DNA of 63,401 nucleotides, counting the filler, from Octopus bimaculoides (Eukaryota), in assembly GCF_001194135.2 (NCBI RefSeq). It is 6 parts of 5 records of this genome, joined end to end, with 100 filler letters (N's around TTAATTAATTAA, not from the genome) between each part and the next. Parts side by side here need not be neighbours in the genome. Positions count along the whole stretch, not along the records: positions 61,719 to 63,401 come from NC_068981.1; 5 more parts are not named here. One strand, given 5' to 3'. The position numbers were made by a program, and so were the translations under genes. The notes below the pieces were generated by a model, which did no database searches, had not been told where the DNA came from, and saw nothing but the letters and a program-made list of their open reading frames with translations. Shown here piece by piece: positions 62,891-63,401 of this stretch; within the stretch, counting starts at the first letter, position 1, and every line of letters starts with the position of its first letter.

Positions 62891-63401
62891 GAATATGGAT
62901 ACTTTATACTGTAGAAAGCAGTCAGTCACAGTTGCCAGACCAACTAGTTAAAAAGAAAAAACACACACACACACACTGTTTTATTATTTCCCATAAAGGG
63001 TGTACAAAGAGGGAGATAGCACAAACAACCCTGGGGGTCGACAAATGAGATAAAAATTTAAGTGAAATATATGATTAATTGTATGATAATCAGAAACAAT
63101 AATGACAGACATAAGAAACAAATGAGACAAAAATAAACAGGTATGCTCCGACCCCACGAGCCCTGTCTTTTCGTCGTCACCTTGCTTTTTTTTCCTTTAT
63201 GACGTGTTCACGCAGGGTCTTTCACACCCAGCATCCGTGCAATACACGCACACACACAAACAAACAAACAAAAAAAACTAGAGGATCTTCGAAAAGTAGC
63301 AGATCGTATTAGAAAGCAGCCTAAAACGAAAATTTCTTGAAGATTAAAAAGAAAACTATATATATATATATATATATATATGTCTAAGGATCGCCTGCAG
63401 G

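Noticed and set aside
63394-63401. CCTGCAGG (SbfI site) exactly at the window end
   Set aside because: Could be chance or a cloning/adapter remnant; no further vector sequence is recognisable and no biological meaning can be supported.

Overview
Eukaryotic (animal) draft-assembly DNA, not prokaryotic: AT-rich, saturated with di- and trinucleotide microsatellites, with many N gaps. The SINE families and repeat landscape look like a coleoid cephalopod, most likely Octopus (inference). Nearly all ORFs in the track are microsatellite or N-gap artefacts. Supportable content: (1) about a dozen tRNA-derived or related SINE copies, including a SINE nested in a SINE with a 9-bp TSD. (2) A near full-length decayed RTE-clade LINE (54.3-57.3 kb, +). 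(3) Two distinct decayed Penelope-like elements (PLEs, 49.8-54.3 kb) with long Asn-rich linkers and no recognisable GIY-YIG domain; one is split into two inverted halves. (4) A remnant of an R4/Dong-like non-LTR RT (3.4-4.35 kb). (5) A Helentron/HINE-like non-autonomous element (18.7-19.1 kb). (6) Four fold-back (inverted-repeat) elements at 5.7, 38.2, 49.1 and 59.4 kb, next to microsatellites. The strongest novel-looking signal is a type I hammerhead ribozyme with a complete core in one arm of the 38.2-kb fold-back (38259-38347, minus strand). Its partner arm carries a mutated core, and further hammerhead-like cores lie at 59.55, 49.3, 41.1 and 1.63 kb. This suggests a non-autonomous, ribozyme-bearing hairpin retroelement family that could be mobilised by PLE RT (hypothesis). 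Several small minus-strand candidate exons (26.7, 21.5, 10.3 kb and weaker ones) hint at the 3' part of a long-intron gene whose tail resembles the ephrin-B cytoplasmic motif; this is low to moderate confidence. All homology calls are from recalled motifs, not database searches.
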